Assembly: GCA_020438105.1 (NCBI GenBank)
Contig: JAGQVE010000005.1
Location: forward strand, 3,473 to 67,472
Direction: 5' to 3'
DNA: 64,000 bases
Origin: Bacteroidales bacterium
Lineage (GTDB): Bacteria > Bacteroidota > Bacteroidia > Bacteroidales > JAADJA01
Shown: positions 55,801-64,000 of the stretch, one piece after another
Layout of the letters: each line of letters begins with the position of its first letter
Numbering within the stretch: position 1 is the stretch's first letter
Notes under the pieces: generated by a model
The model's input: the letters and a program-made list of their open reading frames with translations, nothing else
Database searches by the model: none
What the model was told of the DNA's origin: nothing
Translations under genes and position numbers: made by a program

Positions 55801-57212
55801 TTGGTCAAACACCGGTACTCATCCTTGACCTTGACCCGAATCAAAGCTCTTCAGTTGCGATGGTGGATGCATTAAACAACCTGGGGGTTACCCATGAAAT
55901 CATGACCAATTTTCCCCCCGATCTAAATGCTTATTCCTCCATATTTGTTTGTCTTGGGATTTACTCTGATAACCATGTTCTTTCGGCCACAGAGGGCGAT
56001 TTACTTGCCGCTTATCTTAACAATAATGGAAATTTATACATGGAAGGTGGTGATACCTGGGCCTATGATCCACAAACTGCCGTACATGCCATGTTTAATA
56101 TTAATGGTGAACAGGATGGTACTTCCGATCTTGGATCAGTGCTTGGAATTGGTGGAACATTTACTGAACAAATGACTTTTAGCTACGGCGGTGAAAATGC
56201 CTGGATTGACCATATTTCCCCTGTTTCCGCGGCCTATTTGATTTTTGAAAATCAAGATCCTCAATACGGTGTTACTGTGGCGTATGATTCAGACAATTAC
56301 AGGACAATTGGAGCATCCTATGAATTTGGAGGTTTAACAGACGGCACCAGCCCATCCACCAAAGAAGAATTGATGTCGGTATATTTGGAGTTTTTTGGTG
56401 TGATTTCATTTGATATCATTGCTAACTTCATAGCTGATGCTACCCAGGTTTGTGAAGAAAATCCAGTTAATTTTACTGATTATTCTTCAGGAAATATCAA
56501 TAGCTGGAACTGGGAATTTGAAGGTGGTGAGCCGGCTACTTCCAGCCAGCAAAACCCGGAAGTTTATTATAATTCACCCGGGACTTATGATGTAAAACTG
56601 GTTATTTCAAACGGATCAATTTACGATACTATTTTAAAACAAAACTATATTGTGGTCTACCCTAAGCCCGGAATTCCAGCATTGCCTGCCGGTGATGATG
56701 AGGTGTGTACCAATACCACAAACACATCATCTTATGTTACTGCCGGAGGTATAGATTGTGAAACATATCAATGGGAAATACTTCCTCTTGAGGCTGGAAC
56801 TATTTCTGGTTCCGGGGTAAATGCAACAGTAACCTGGACAGATCAGTGGGAAGGAACTGCAAGTATCAGGGTAAAAGGGATGAATGAAAATTGTGGCGAA
56901 GGTGAATTTTCAGATGAGTTGTTTGTTTCGTGTTCCATATGCACTGCTGTTGATGAAATTGCAGGTCAGGAAACATTTCAAATTTATCCCAACCCAACCA
57001 ATGGCATACTATATCTTTACGTTTATGATACTGACCATCAGTACAAATACTCTGTAATGAACATGCTTAATGATGTTATTCTTTCCGGTAGTTTTCATAT
57101 TAAAGAAGGTGAACGATTTGAATTTAATTTATCGGGCTATCCTTCAGGAATATATTTCATCTGTTTAAGTGATGAGGATTCAACCATTATCCGAAAGGTC
57201 GTGCTGGAATAA
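52893..57212 (+). CDS. clan CA (papain/streptopain-like) cysteine peptidase-like T9SS cargo protein
   Basis: Signal peptide. YWRPVFAQVALECGQASGIG has Gln and Cys in papain-like spacing. WGSANHALCVSGYHD has a His context like xxHAxxxxGY, and FANTYSGGPSFGNDGFCYM resembles NSWGxxWGxxGY. The C-terminal portion of about 700 aa is collinear with that of the 46852 C25 gene. The family call is from motifs only. Confidence 0.55.
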   Translation: MKKYTSKSIILLIVLISSLMAVAQEKKPQSFAELAPLSVEDSINLVNLPELTLPSWLQGPDAITLPPVVDNSTNMYWRPVFAQVALECGQASGIGLGYTYAVNRERDLASNIEDNQYATHFTWNFGNGGEGWYGVSYFHSFEIVKTLGTPDVPTYGGMSAGGGSRWMSGYDAYYASMKNRLYEVYQIDVSTPEGIQTAKNWLHNHLDGSEIGGVANFYTNAPWGMQTLPTGTPEAGKYVMTSWGSANHALCVSGYHDSICWDYNNDGLYTNNLDINGDGYVDVRDWEIGGFRFANTYSGGPSFGNDGFCYMTYKSCADPYGSGGIWNNALHVIYAKENASPLLTARVSIKDVCRNTLRVRVGVSTNLSSESPEYIIGFPVFNFQGACKYMQGGTSEEDKTIEFGLDLTPLINFVGPGTPARYFLLVDEDDPNGWGYGQVVQFSVIDYTNGVNEIDCGQNNITIINNGTTKLWVDHTVDFTNVEIDMDELPAATVYEPYSANLTATSGTEPYYWDFDQNFTETSGTTTFPAVNGELLSPGGGFVTKNLEFDFPFYDNSYSSVRLYADGYIMFENEFTWPYQVYDFLKFTKNKFIAPFMADLTVSTSSGGGIWYEGDQNSATFRWKGYVTGYASGSDVNFAVKLFKNGDIRFFYGSNEFPEIEWKAGISAGNNKYYQFAELSGALSIPLNTVIDFDAVKPPDGFYVNSEGTLEGLPDQTYDNYPVKLMVLDQNNLKDSKIVYLSTDGSNYLVIDDNLVSAGGDEIIEAGETVSLTVSVKNLGEETITGVNMSISCPDDLVELNDSTEFLGDFEPGETITFNGAFSFDVSDLVPDQYNIDINTLIEDDSGDDWSSHIYLTAYAPDLYVGTSYIEDGENGSLDPGETASLIVKIVNGGGATANDVEGLLSTSDPFITINNGTSIANQINPYSFGSFSFEIAADESAPIGYIAEFDLAYSAPGGISGSGEVSVIIGQTPVLILDLDPNQSSSVAMVDALNNLGVTHEIMTNFPPDLNAYSSIFVCLGIYSDNHVLSATEGDLLAAYLNNNGNLYMEGGDTWAYDPQTAVHAMFNINGEQDGTSDLGSVLGIGGTFTEQMTFSYGGENAWIDHISPVSAAYLIFENQDPQYGVTVAYDSDNYRTIGASYEFGGLTDGTSPSTKEELMSVYLEFFGVISFDIIANFIADATQVCEENPVNFTDYSSGNINSWNWEFEGGEPATSSQQNPEVYYNSPGTYDVKLVISNGSIYDTILKQNYIVVYPKPGIPALPAGDDEVCTNTTNTSSYVTAGGIDCETYQWEILPLEAGTISGSGVNATVTWTDQWEGTASIRVKGMNENCGEGEFSDELFVSCSICTAVDEIAGQETFQIYPNPTNGILYLYVYDTDHQYKYSVMNMLNDVILSGSFHIKEGERFEFNLSGYPSGIYFICLSDEDSTIIRKVVLE

Positions 57213-58826
57213 TTATTCGTTTTTGTCCAGCATTTTTTCGGCTTCAATTTGCAGCATTTCATCTACTGTGAGAAAATAGTAAGAAGCCTTTATTTGTAGT
57301 TCCTTATACCTGATGGGGTCGTCTTTTATTTCTGCTTTAAATTGACGCAGCTTTTGATGTTTTTCAAATGAATCGGGATGATCTGATTGAAACATATAAT
57401 TTGCTTCCCGCTGAATCATCTCCTTTTCGGATATATTATTTTCAATTGCTTTTTTTCTGACACTTAACATCCAGTTTGAGTCATGTCGTATTTTTTCTTC
57501 AAAGTGTTCCTGCCCTCTCAGGATAAGGTAGTCTTCCAGGTTGTCGGTTTCATAAATATAACGGGCATTCAGAGTTAATACTTCTGATAAAGGAATCGCG
57601 TTGTCTTCAGCTTGGCGGACCATGTTATCAAACCATACACTATAGGCGGTAATACCGTTCATAATATCATACACCTTATCGTATTTTGATTTTATCCCAT
57701 AAATGTCATAAAGCTTACTCACAAAACCCCAATCGAACTTATATAAAAACCTGCCCGTAACCATCAGGAAAATCACATCTTGTTTTTCAATTTCTTCTTT
57801 CAGATTTAAATCATTAACGGTTGTGGTATCCGAGTAAGTATCAGGGTAAACAAGGTTATTAAAATACCAAAATGCCTGGTTCTTAAAAAGTTCCCTGGCA
57901 ATCCCGGTATTAAAAATATTCCAGTAATAACTGTCGCCTGCCACCAGCACCATCGGAAAATCTTTCCCTTCCGTTGGTCCGAATTTATAAGCAGGATATG
58001 CAAACTTTTCATGTTCCGGTAATCTAAACATGAGGTTTAATGCAGCGCCAATGTCATAATCCGGTGTTCGTGAACAGTCTTCAATAGCAAGAGAATCGAT
58101 GATCATTTCCCGCAAATCAATGTGCCTGGTATTTTCAATAAAACTTATCATCGAATCGAGGGCGAAAGTCATTCCGTATTCACTCCAGTGAATGCCATAT
58201 TTGGTATAAACAGGATAGTTGGCCAAAGGTTTTATAGAATTGATATACCAATCGTTCCAGTTTATAAAATTGGTTTTATAATTTTCGGCTGTGTTTTTAT
58301 ACACCTGAAAATTTGTGGGCGATTTTTTATTGATGAGATATTGATCCGGAATAAACTCAGGCAAATAATTGGCTTTCCCAGGCTCGAAAACAAGTACCAG
58401 GTCAATGTCGAAGTTTTCTTTTAAATGTTTTTGCAGAAATGTTAATTGCCGGATACGTTTATCGATCAAATAGTAACCTACAAAATCATTCCCGGTATAT
58501 TCCCTGATGTAGTCAAATTCATACAGAACATTTTCTTTTCCCAGCACCACACCATCAGCATGTACCTCACCAAATAATGAGAAATCAATTTGATTGTTAA
58601 TCCTCACAAAAAAGTTTCTGAAACCAATATGATCTTCAAGCCATTTATCAAAATCAGTCTGAAAAACACCCTCATTCCAGCTTTCCCAGGAAAATACGGG
58701 TTTATCAGCCAGTTTAAAATCTCCCTGGAGTTTTTTATCAGGCATGATTTTGAACTCCTTCTGTATGGCGGGAAGGAGCATCACGATCATGATTATCACA
58801 AATAATATTTTCTCAAGGGCTTTCAT
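57213..58826 (-). CDS. AlgJ/AlgX-like (SGNH-like) O-acyltransferase partner protein with C-terminal extension
   Basis: N-terminal TM anchor. VVLGKENVLYEFDYI, LVFEPGKANYLPEFIP and IHWSEYGMTFA blocks resemble AlgJ/AlgX-family proteins. It has a 1-nt stop/start overlap (TAATG) with the upstream MBOAT gene. Confidence 0.55.
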   Translation of the reverse strand: MKALEKILFVIIMIVMLLPAIQKEFKIMPDKKLQGDFKLADKPVFSWESWNEGVFQTDFDKWLEDHIGFRNFFVRINNQIDFSLFGEVHADGVVLGKENVLYEFDYIREYTGNDFVGYYLIDKRIRQLTFLQKHLKENFDIDLVLVFEPGKANYLPEFIPDQYLINKKSPTNFQVYKNTAENYKTNFINWNDWYINSIKPLANYPVYTKYGIHWSEYGMTFALDSMISFIENTRHIDLREMIIDSLAIEDCSRTPDYDIGAALNLMFRLPEHEKFAYPAYKFGPTEGKDFPMVLVAGDSYYWNIFNTGIARELFKNQAFWYFNNLVYPDTYSDTTTVNDLNLKEEIEKQDVIFLMVTGRFLYKFDWGFVSKLYDIYGIKSKYDKVYDIMNGITAYSVWFDNMVRQAEDNAIPLSEVLTLNARYIYETDNLEDYLILRGQEHFEEKIRHDSNWMLSVRKKAIENNISEKEMIQREANYMFQSDHPDSFEKHQKLRQFKAEIKDDPIRYKELQIKASYYFLTVDEMLQIEAEKMLDKNE

Positions 58827-60247
58827 TAAAATCTAAAATAAATAAATGGATTAAAGCCTGATGAGGTTATGGACCCCAGGCTTACAGTAAATAACAAAAT
58901 TGAAATGACAACCATAGTAATTAGTGCTGATTTTCCTTTATCCTGGGCAAACAAATGATTTTGCCATTTTTCAATCTTAACAAATCCTCCCCAAAACGAA
59001 AACAAAAATCCAACAATCAGGATTATCAGGAATTTTGAATTAAAGCTAAAATCATCATTATTGAAGTCAAAGGCAAACATCCGATCCAGATATTGAAAGG
59101 CCAGGTCCATATTTTCTGCTCTGAAAAACACCCATCCGATCAAGGAAACAATAAACGTGATCAAAATGGCAGGAATTTTTCCTATTGCTTTTAAAACCTT
59201 AAGCAGAAACCACCGGTCGAGTACCAGGAACAAACCATGAAAACCACCCCAAATCACAAAATTCCAGGCGGCACCGTGCCACAACCCCGAAACCAGGAAA
59301 ACTACCCACAGATTAAAATATAACCTGCCCGAACTTACCCGGCTCCCACCCAATGGAATGTAAAGATAATCGCGCATGAACCTTCCGAGGGTAATGTGCC
59401 AGCGACGCCAGAACTCAGAAATGCTTTGGGAAATGTAGGGATTGTTAAAATTCTCGGGAAATCTGAACCCTATCATTCTGCCTATGCCAATTGCCATATC
59501 CGAATACCCGGAAAAATCAAAATAGATTTGAAATGCATAAGCGATGATTCCCAACCAGGCGGTAGTTGTGCTAAAGTTGTAGTGATCAGCTCCAAAAATC
59601 AAATCCACCTGCTCACCCATTACATTGGCGATGAGTACTTTTTTTGCCAAACCGATACAAAATCGGAAGAAACCGGTAATCCGGTTGTTAAAATTTTCAT
59701 TCCGACTGCGATCTTCAATCTGGTCGGCAATTTCGTTGAAACGCACAATAGGCCCGGCAATCAACTGAGGGAACATCAATATATAAAGTGCATAATCGGT
59801 AACCCTTTTCAAGGGACCATGAACACCCCGGTAAACATCCACTGAATAGGTAAGCTTTTGAAATGAAAAAAATGAAATTCCGATGGGAAGAGCTACTTTG
59901 GTCCACGCGAGGTGTTTAACGTTGAACAACCCAAGCATTTCATTTACATTTTCAATAAAAAAATTAGCATATTTGAAATAGGCCAGGAGTCCGATGTTAA
60001 GAATAACCGATGCAGATACCAGATATAATTTTTGCCTGCCTGTCTTTTTATTCATCAGTTGAACCAGGTAAAAATCAGCAAGGATTGACCCTATAACTAC
60101 ATAAATAAAATCAGGTGCACCCCAGGCATAAAAAAACATACTTGCCAGCAGCGCAAATACATTTTTTGCTGATTTTGGCAGCAGGTAATAGATCAGCAGG
60201 AAAGCTGGTAAAAAATAGAGGAGAAATAGGCTGCTGCTAAAGACCAT
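58826..60247 (-). CDS. MBOAT family O-acyltransferase (AlgI/DltB/PatA-like)
   Basis: 473 aa polytopic membrane protein. It has FWRRWHITLGRFMRDYLYIPLGG and the conserved His context GLWHGAAWNFVIWG. Confidence 0.9.
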   Translation of the reverse strand: MVFSSSLFLLYFLPAFLLIYYLLPKSAKNVFALLASMFFYAWGAPDFIYVVIGSILADFYLVQLMNKKTGRQKLYLVSASVILNIGLLAYFKYANFFIENVNEMLGLFNVKHLAWTKVALPIGISFFSFQKLTYSVDVYRGVHGPLKRVTDYALYILMFPQLIAGPIVRFNEIADQIEDRSRNENFNNRITGFFRFCIGLAKKVLIANVMGEQVDLIFGADHYNFSTTTAWLGIIAYAFQIYFDFSGYSDMAIGIGRMIGFRFPENFNNPYISQSISEFWRRWHITLGRFMRDYLYIPLGGSRVSSGRLYFNLWVVFLVSGLWHGAAWNFVIWGGFHGLFLVLDRWFLLKVLKAIGKIPAILITFIVSLIGWVFFRAENMDLAFQYLDRMFAFDFNNDDFSFNSKFLIILIVGFLFSFWGGFVKIEKWQNHLFAQDKGKSALITMVVISILLFTVSLGSITSSGFNPFIYFRF

Positions 60248-60302
60248 TGATTATTACCTCCATATATTGCTTGTAAGTTAAAAAATCAAAGATAATTTTA
60301 TT

Positions 60303-61277
60303 TTAACGTTTAATATATTGCTCATCCCTGCTCTGAAGGTAATAATTCCAATTGTCTTCAATGATATTCAAACTGTATTCAAGGGCTTCAGAAAAAGGTG
60401 TAGGTGTAAAATCAAGATCTATCCGTAGTGCTTCCGTATTCAGATTTGAGTTCTGTAATACCCCTTTTACATGTTCAGCAGTAAACAGTGGCACTTTTTG
60501 AGTTTTCTGAAAAAACCAGCCCAACCAACTGGCAACAAATACCGGTATTGAGACCAATATCTTTTTTCTTTTTTTGATTTTTAGGATCAAGGATACAAAG
60601 TCTCGAAATGAGATCACGCTATCGCCTGCAATTTCATAAACTTTCTGGTAGGTTTGTGGTAATTCAATAGATTTTACAATGTATTTTGCAAAATCCTTGA
60701 CAAAAATCGGATGTTGCGTTTGCTTCCCTGTCCCAATAATTGGTACAAAAAGAGGCAACCTAAAAACATTTTTTAAAACGCGGTTAAGTCCCAGTCCTTC
60801 AGGTCCCAAGATCATAGCAGGAATAAATACGGTGAAATCAAAGTTTGAGGCTGTTAAAAACTCTTGTCCCTCTAATTTAGTAACCCCATAAGGTCCCTTA
60901 ATTTTTTTCAATACAACTACACTACTAATCTGAATAATTCGATGTACACCAATGGATTGGGCTAGGTGCATAATATTATTTACTCCTTCGGCATTAACCT
61001 GGTAATTTTTATCATAATTAGAACTACCTAGAAGCGCAGCAAGGTTAAGAACAGCAATTATGTTTTTTTGTTTTAGATATGTGTTAAGGTTTTGATTTTG
61101 ATCAATCTTCTTGGTGAGGTCGTATTCAAAATAGCTAATTCCGGCATTTTCAATTAGCCGTGATGCAAAGTGAGTATAAGTTAGACCAATAACTAAATAT
61201 CCCTCATCTAATAACCGATTGCATACATAATAACCCAGGTAACCATTCGCACCGGTAACTATAATATATTTATCCAT
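60303..61277 (-). CDS. NAD-dependent epimerase/dehydratase family (extended SDR) protein
   Basis: N-terminal Rossmann motif IIVTGANGYLG and a YGVTK (YxxxK) catalytic motif; 324 aa. Confidence 0.85.
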   Translation of the reverse strand: MDKYIIVTGANGYLGYYVCNRLLDEGYLVIGLTYTHFASRLIENAGISYFEYDLTKKIDQNQNLNTYLKQKNIIAVLNLAALLGSSNYDKNYQVNAEGVNNIMHLAQSIGVHRIIQISSVVVLKKIKGPYGVTKLEGQEFLTASNFDFTVFIPAMILGPEGLGLNRVLKNVFRLPLFVPIIGTGKQTQHPIFVKDFAKYIVKSIELPQTYQKVYEIAGDSVISFRDFVSLILKIKKRKKILVSIPVFVASWLGWFFQKTQKVPLFTAEHVKGVLQNSNLNTEALRIDLDFTPTPFSEALEYSLNIIEDNWNYYLQSRDEQYIKR

Positions 61278-61284
61278 TTTTAAT

Positions 61285-62226
61285 TTAATTCAACGATTTT
61301 TTATTTAAATATAAAAAAAATTGTCCGAGTATCAGTGCAAGTATTCCTCCACCAATTTGAGCAATTGTTAACATTAATGCTGAAAAGGCCAGTACCAGGT
61401 TTTTAGTTAGCGGGCCAAACACATATAAAAAAGTGAGCTCACGGGTACCAAGACCCATAATAGTAATAGGTAGCAGGTTAAATAGTCCTGCAATTGCCAC
61501 ACCACCCGAAACTTCTACCAGTGAAAGTTTCATATTGAGGCTATATACTGCAATGATATAGCAACTTGTAAAATAAAAAAGATTACTAAGAATCGAAAGC
61601 CCAACGATGTTTATAATATTAATAGGTTTACGATGGATAAAAGTAACAGTAAAATTAGGAATGAACAGCCCTGTGAACCTATTGATCCAGGCTGAGCTTA
61701 AAATTAAGATACTGGAAATAACAATTAGAACTCCTACAACTATGATCAACCACGGGATGACTCGTGATAACATTACCATTTTGGTAGTTAATAATGCAAT
61801 ACCGGCAATAAAAATAAACATTCCTACATCCATACCGCGTTCAGCAATCACCCTAATGCCGGATGCAAATATGTTTTCACGATTTTTTTGATGACCTGCT
61901 TTCATCAATTCTCCCAGTCGTCCGGGTGTAATCACTCCAATTGCGTAGCTTTCTAAAAACTCGCCAAGGCTTTGTTTTAGTTTACCAGAATCATTGGCGA
62001 CATTTAGTAAATGCCACCTAAATCCTTTTGTAAAAAGCAGAAAAATCTGGAAAATCAATGCAAGTAATAAAAACCAAATGTTTGCCGATTTTATATCTGT
62101 CCAAATCATGCGAACATCAACATGCGAAATAATAACGATGAAAAGAATGATGCCAGCCAACCTTAAGATATTGAACCAGGATATTTTACGCCGTTTCTTG
62201 CTCAGCCTAACACTTTTATTTTTCAT
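61285..62226 (-). CDS. UPF0104 / lysylphosphatidylglycerol-synthase-TM-region-like integral membrane protein (second copy in window)
   Basis: 313 aa with a basic N-terminus followed by about 8 hydrophobic segments. Its pattern resembles the 4985..6106 gene. The family call is from overall pattern only. Confidence 0.6.
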   Translation of the reverse strand: MKNKSVRLSKKRRKISWFNILRLAGIILFIVIISHVDVRMIWTDIKSANIWFLLLALIFQIFLLFTKGFRWHLLNVANDSGKLKQSLGEFLESYAIGVITPGRLGELMKAGHQKNRENIFASGIRVIAERGMDVGMFIFIAGIALLTTKMVMLSRVIPWLIIVVGVLIVISSILILSSAWINRFTGLFIPNFTVTFIHRKPINIINIVGLSILSNLFYFTSCYIIAVYSLNMKLSLVEVSGGVAIAGLFNLLPITIMGLGTRELTFLYVFGPLTKNLVLAFSALMLTIAQIGGGILALILGQFFLYLNKKSLN

Positions 62227-62229
62227 GCT

Positions 62230-63519
62230 TTAATTGAGTTCTTTTCGTTTGATTTCGTGTGTTGATTTTTTCCAGATGGTTCTTGTTCTTTCGAATATTT
62301 TACCAATAAAACTAGGGGGAAGCTTTTCTATCAGGCTTCGTGCGATGCTTGTTCCCATAATTAAAAACAATCCATTGATCAATAGCTCCATCGCAAACCT
62401 GCTAAATGTAAATCCCTTGATTTCATAACCATAATCTGGATTTGGTTTTCCAAGCCATTTTCTTAATCGCATACGGATGAAAGTACCTCTTTTTTTTAGG
62501 TCGTAACCGTGTGAATGCATTATAATTGCCTCATTTTCACTTATCTCATCCATGGCCAAAGTCCCATCAGCTAGCATTGCATCAACTATTTCCTGTCCTT
62601 TTTGGGAACGTACGATCATCATCGAAAAACCTTTTCCCCGTTCTTCATAAACAGGAGCCCAGGCATCACCACCAGAAATGTCAGTAAATTCATTACTGAG
62701 GTCAGTGCATAGCAGGCTGTTTTTGAGAATGTGGAATGGGATCAGGTAATTAGCATGAAACTTTGGTAATTCTATTACTTTCCCTGATCTGAATTCAACG
62801 CGCATATTTCCCGGCCATTCACCATATCTAAAATATAGTTTTTTGATTTGGGTGTGATCCTTTTCTCCATAGGAACGGATAAAGCTTTTAACCGATGAAA
62901 AATGAAGCGTATTGCCATAAAAGGGTCCCAATATGTAAGCAATTTTTTTTACAATGGGATTGCCTGCCATCTGAAGTTTTCTGATTGATTGTATTTGCCC
63001 AGGTAAACCCACATAAGCCAACCGACCATTGAATGCTTCCATTTCTGGTAAAATTTCATTAACTGAGCTAATAATATATTTGCTTTGTGCCGATTCCAGA
63101 ATCTCATCTTTTGTTTTAGCAATAAATGGCTCTGTTAACCAGGGTTCGGAATGAGACATACGTAACGTAACGACCCCTTCAATTTTCTTTTTTTCGAGTA
63201 ACCAAATCAACACCTGTGTGATGACTCCTCCACTTGCAGCATTTCTTCGAACAATTTCATCCGTGGTATGACCGATATAAATGTGTTTGTAGGTTCCAAT
63301 GAATCGATGAAATGGATGATCTACTCCAAAAACTCTTTCATTATAATACGGAAAATTGAATTCTTTTCCTGAGCAAGCTAACCACATTCTTTCAGCAAGC
63401 TCCTCATCAAGTGTCTCAACTATTTCTGGAATATATTTCCCAGTTTTATCCCTAAACCGAACTTTTCCACCCGATAATCCAACACAGCTACCACACCTGT
63501 TACATAGGTGTGAATGCAT
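62230..63519 (-). CDS. coenzyme F420 hydrogenase/dehydrogenase beta-subunit-like (FrhB family) Fe-S/flavin protein
   Basis: CNRCGSCVGLSGG Cys cluster and the NAASGGVITQVLIWLLEKKKIEGVV block typical of FrhB-family N and C domains. The start is set at the ATG at 63519, 16 nt after the upstream stop. The ORF-track start at 63645 would overlap the methyltransferase gene by 110 nt. Confidence 0.65.
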   Translation of the reverse strand: MHSHLCNRCGSCVGLSGGKVRFRDKTGKYIPEIVETLDEELAERMWLACSGKEFNFPYYNERVFGVDHPFHRFIGTYKHIYIGHTTDEIVRRNAASGGVITQVLIWLLEKKKIEGVVTLRMSHSEPWLTEPFIAKTKDEILESAQSKYIISSVNEILPEMEAFNGRLAYVGLPGQIQSIRKLQMAGNPIVKKIAYILGPFYGNTLHFSSVKSFIRSYGEKDHTQIKKLYFRYGEWPGNMRVEFRSGKVIELPKFHANYLIPFHILKNSLLCTDLSNEFTDISGGDAWAPVYEERGKGFSMMIVRSQKGQEIVDAMLADGTLAMDEISENEAIIMHSHGYDLKKRGTFIRMRLRKWLGKPNPDYGYEIKGFTFSRFAMELLINGLFLIMGTSIARSLIEKLPPSFIGKIFERTRTIWKKSTHEIKRKELN

Positions 63520-63535
63520 CACATCCGAAAGTTTT

Positions 63536-64000
63536 TCAATGCTTTTCACAGATATAAAATTGACGAATTCCCAATTCGGATACAAAAGTATGCTGAAATT
63601 TTTGAATAATCCGCTCACCCCACTTTTGGAGCCACTGAGGACCAACAGGAATTAAAACCGTTCCCTTGTGTTCCAACAATTTCCAACCCGTTTTTTGTAG
63701 CATCGTTTTAACTTCGGATGAGCGTAAAAAACGGTGGGGACCCTCACCGTGTCCCCCCAATAAGAAAGTATAAATCCGATACGGAATTTCACTAGTTAAT
63801 GGTGGGCAACTCAGTACCATACGGGCATTATCAACAGCTACCCGGCTTAACTCGGTGAGAAATGCGATAGGGTCTTCCACATGCTCCAGTGTCTCAAGAG
63901 TTAGTATTTTGTCAAACGTATGGCTTTTGAATGGAAGACTTGAATAAGAGCTGATTTTTTTTTGAATTACATAAGGACGAATATGTTTAGCCACATCCAT
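63536..64000 (-). CDS. class I SAM-dependent methyltransferase, C-terminal part (N-terminus beyond window edge)
   Basis: FDKILTLETLEHVEDP (post-I/II methyltransferase type-11-like block) and ARMVLSCPP. The ORF is open to the window edge and ends in TGA. Confidence 0.7.
   Translation of the reverse strand: MDVAKHIRPYVIQKKISSYSSLPFKSHTFDKILTLETLEHVEDPIAFLTELSRVAVDNARMVLSCPPLTSEIPYRIYTFLLGGHGEGPHRFLRSSEVKTMLQKTGWKLLEHKGTVLIPVGPQWLQKWGERIIQKFQHTFVSELGIRQFYICEKH

Noticed and set aside
23982-57212. Calling the cargo array a horizontally acquired genomic island or mobile element, or reading its repeats as CRISPR or tandem DNA repeats.
   Set aside because: No integrase, transposase, tRNA or flanking direct repeats were found. 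The repetition is at protein-domain level with diverged nucleotide sequence and irregular spacing, not short regularly spaced DNA repeats.

Overview
This is a Bacteroidota-type chromosomal window. The evidence is type-A T9SS C-terminal sorting domains, TAnnTTTG-like promoter boxes and purH-mreBCD gene order. No rRNA, tRNA, CRISPR array, transposase or integrase was recognised.

Layout:
- 1-23.8 kb is mostly housekeeping: TlpA-like oxidoreductase, rlmI-like methyltransferase, ruvC, an arginase-fold protein, topA, tyrS, recJ, an FtsX-type permease, purH, mreBCD and a 1542-aa multi-PAS hybrid histidine kinase. It also holds a small minus-strand operon of a UPF0104 membrane protein, a processive GT2 synthase and a class III nucleotidyl-cyclase-like protein.
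- 23.98-57.2 kb holds ten consecutive plus-strand genes. Every one has an N-terminal signal peptide and a type-A T9SS C-terminal domain. They are one M14 carboxypeptidase, four C25 (gingipain-like) cysteine peptidases, one clan-CA-like cysteine peptidase, one BNR/GEVED protein, one non-catalytic adhesin-like protein and a tandem pair of thioredoxin-fold proteins. They are built from a shared, shuffled set of accessory modules, and most are followed by their own strong rho-independent terminator.
- 57.2-64 kb is a tightly packed minus-strand glycan or lipid modification operon: SAM methyltransferase, FrhB-like Fe-S/flavin protein, UPF0104, SDR epimerase, MBOAT and an AlgJ/AlgX-like protein.

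The most notable observation concerns the second thioredoxin-fold paralog (37121..38764). It carries a single in-frame TGA exactly where its upstream tandem paralog has the first Cys of the W-C-x-x-C-P redox motif, giving W-[TGA]-S-Y-C-P. The reading frame is otherwise intact, and a GC-rich hairpin sits 17-31 nt downstream. This is the classic signature of a selenocysteine/cysteine homolog pair and suggests a secreted, T9SS-targeted UxxC selenoprotein. The alternative is a very recent nonsense mutation.
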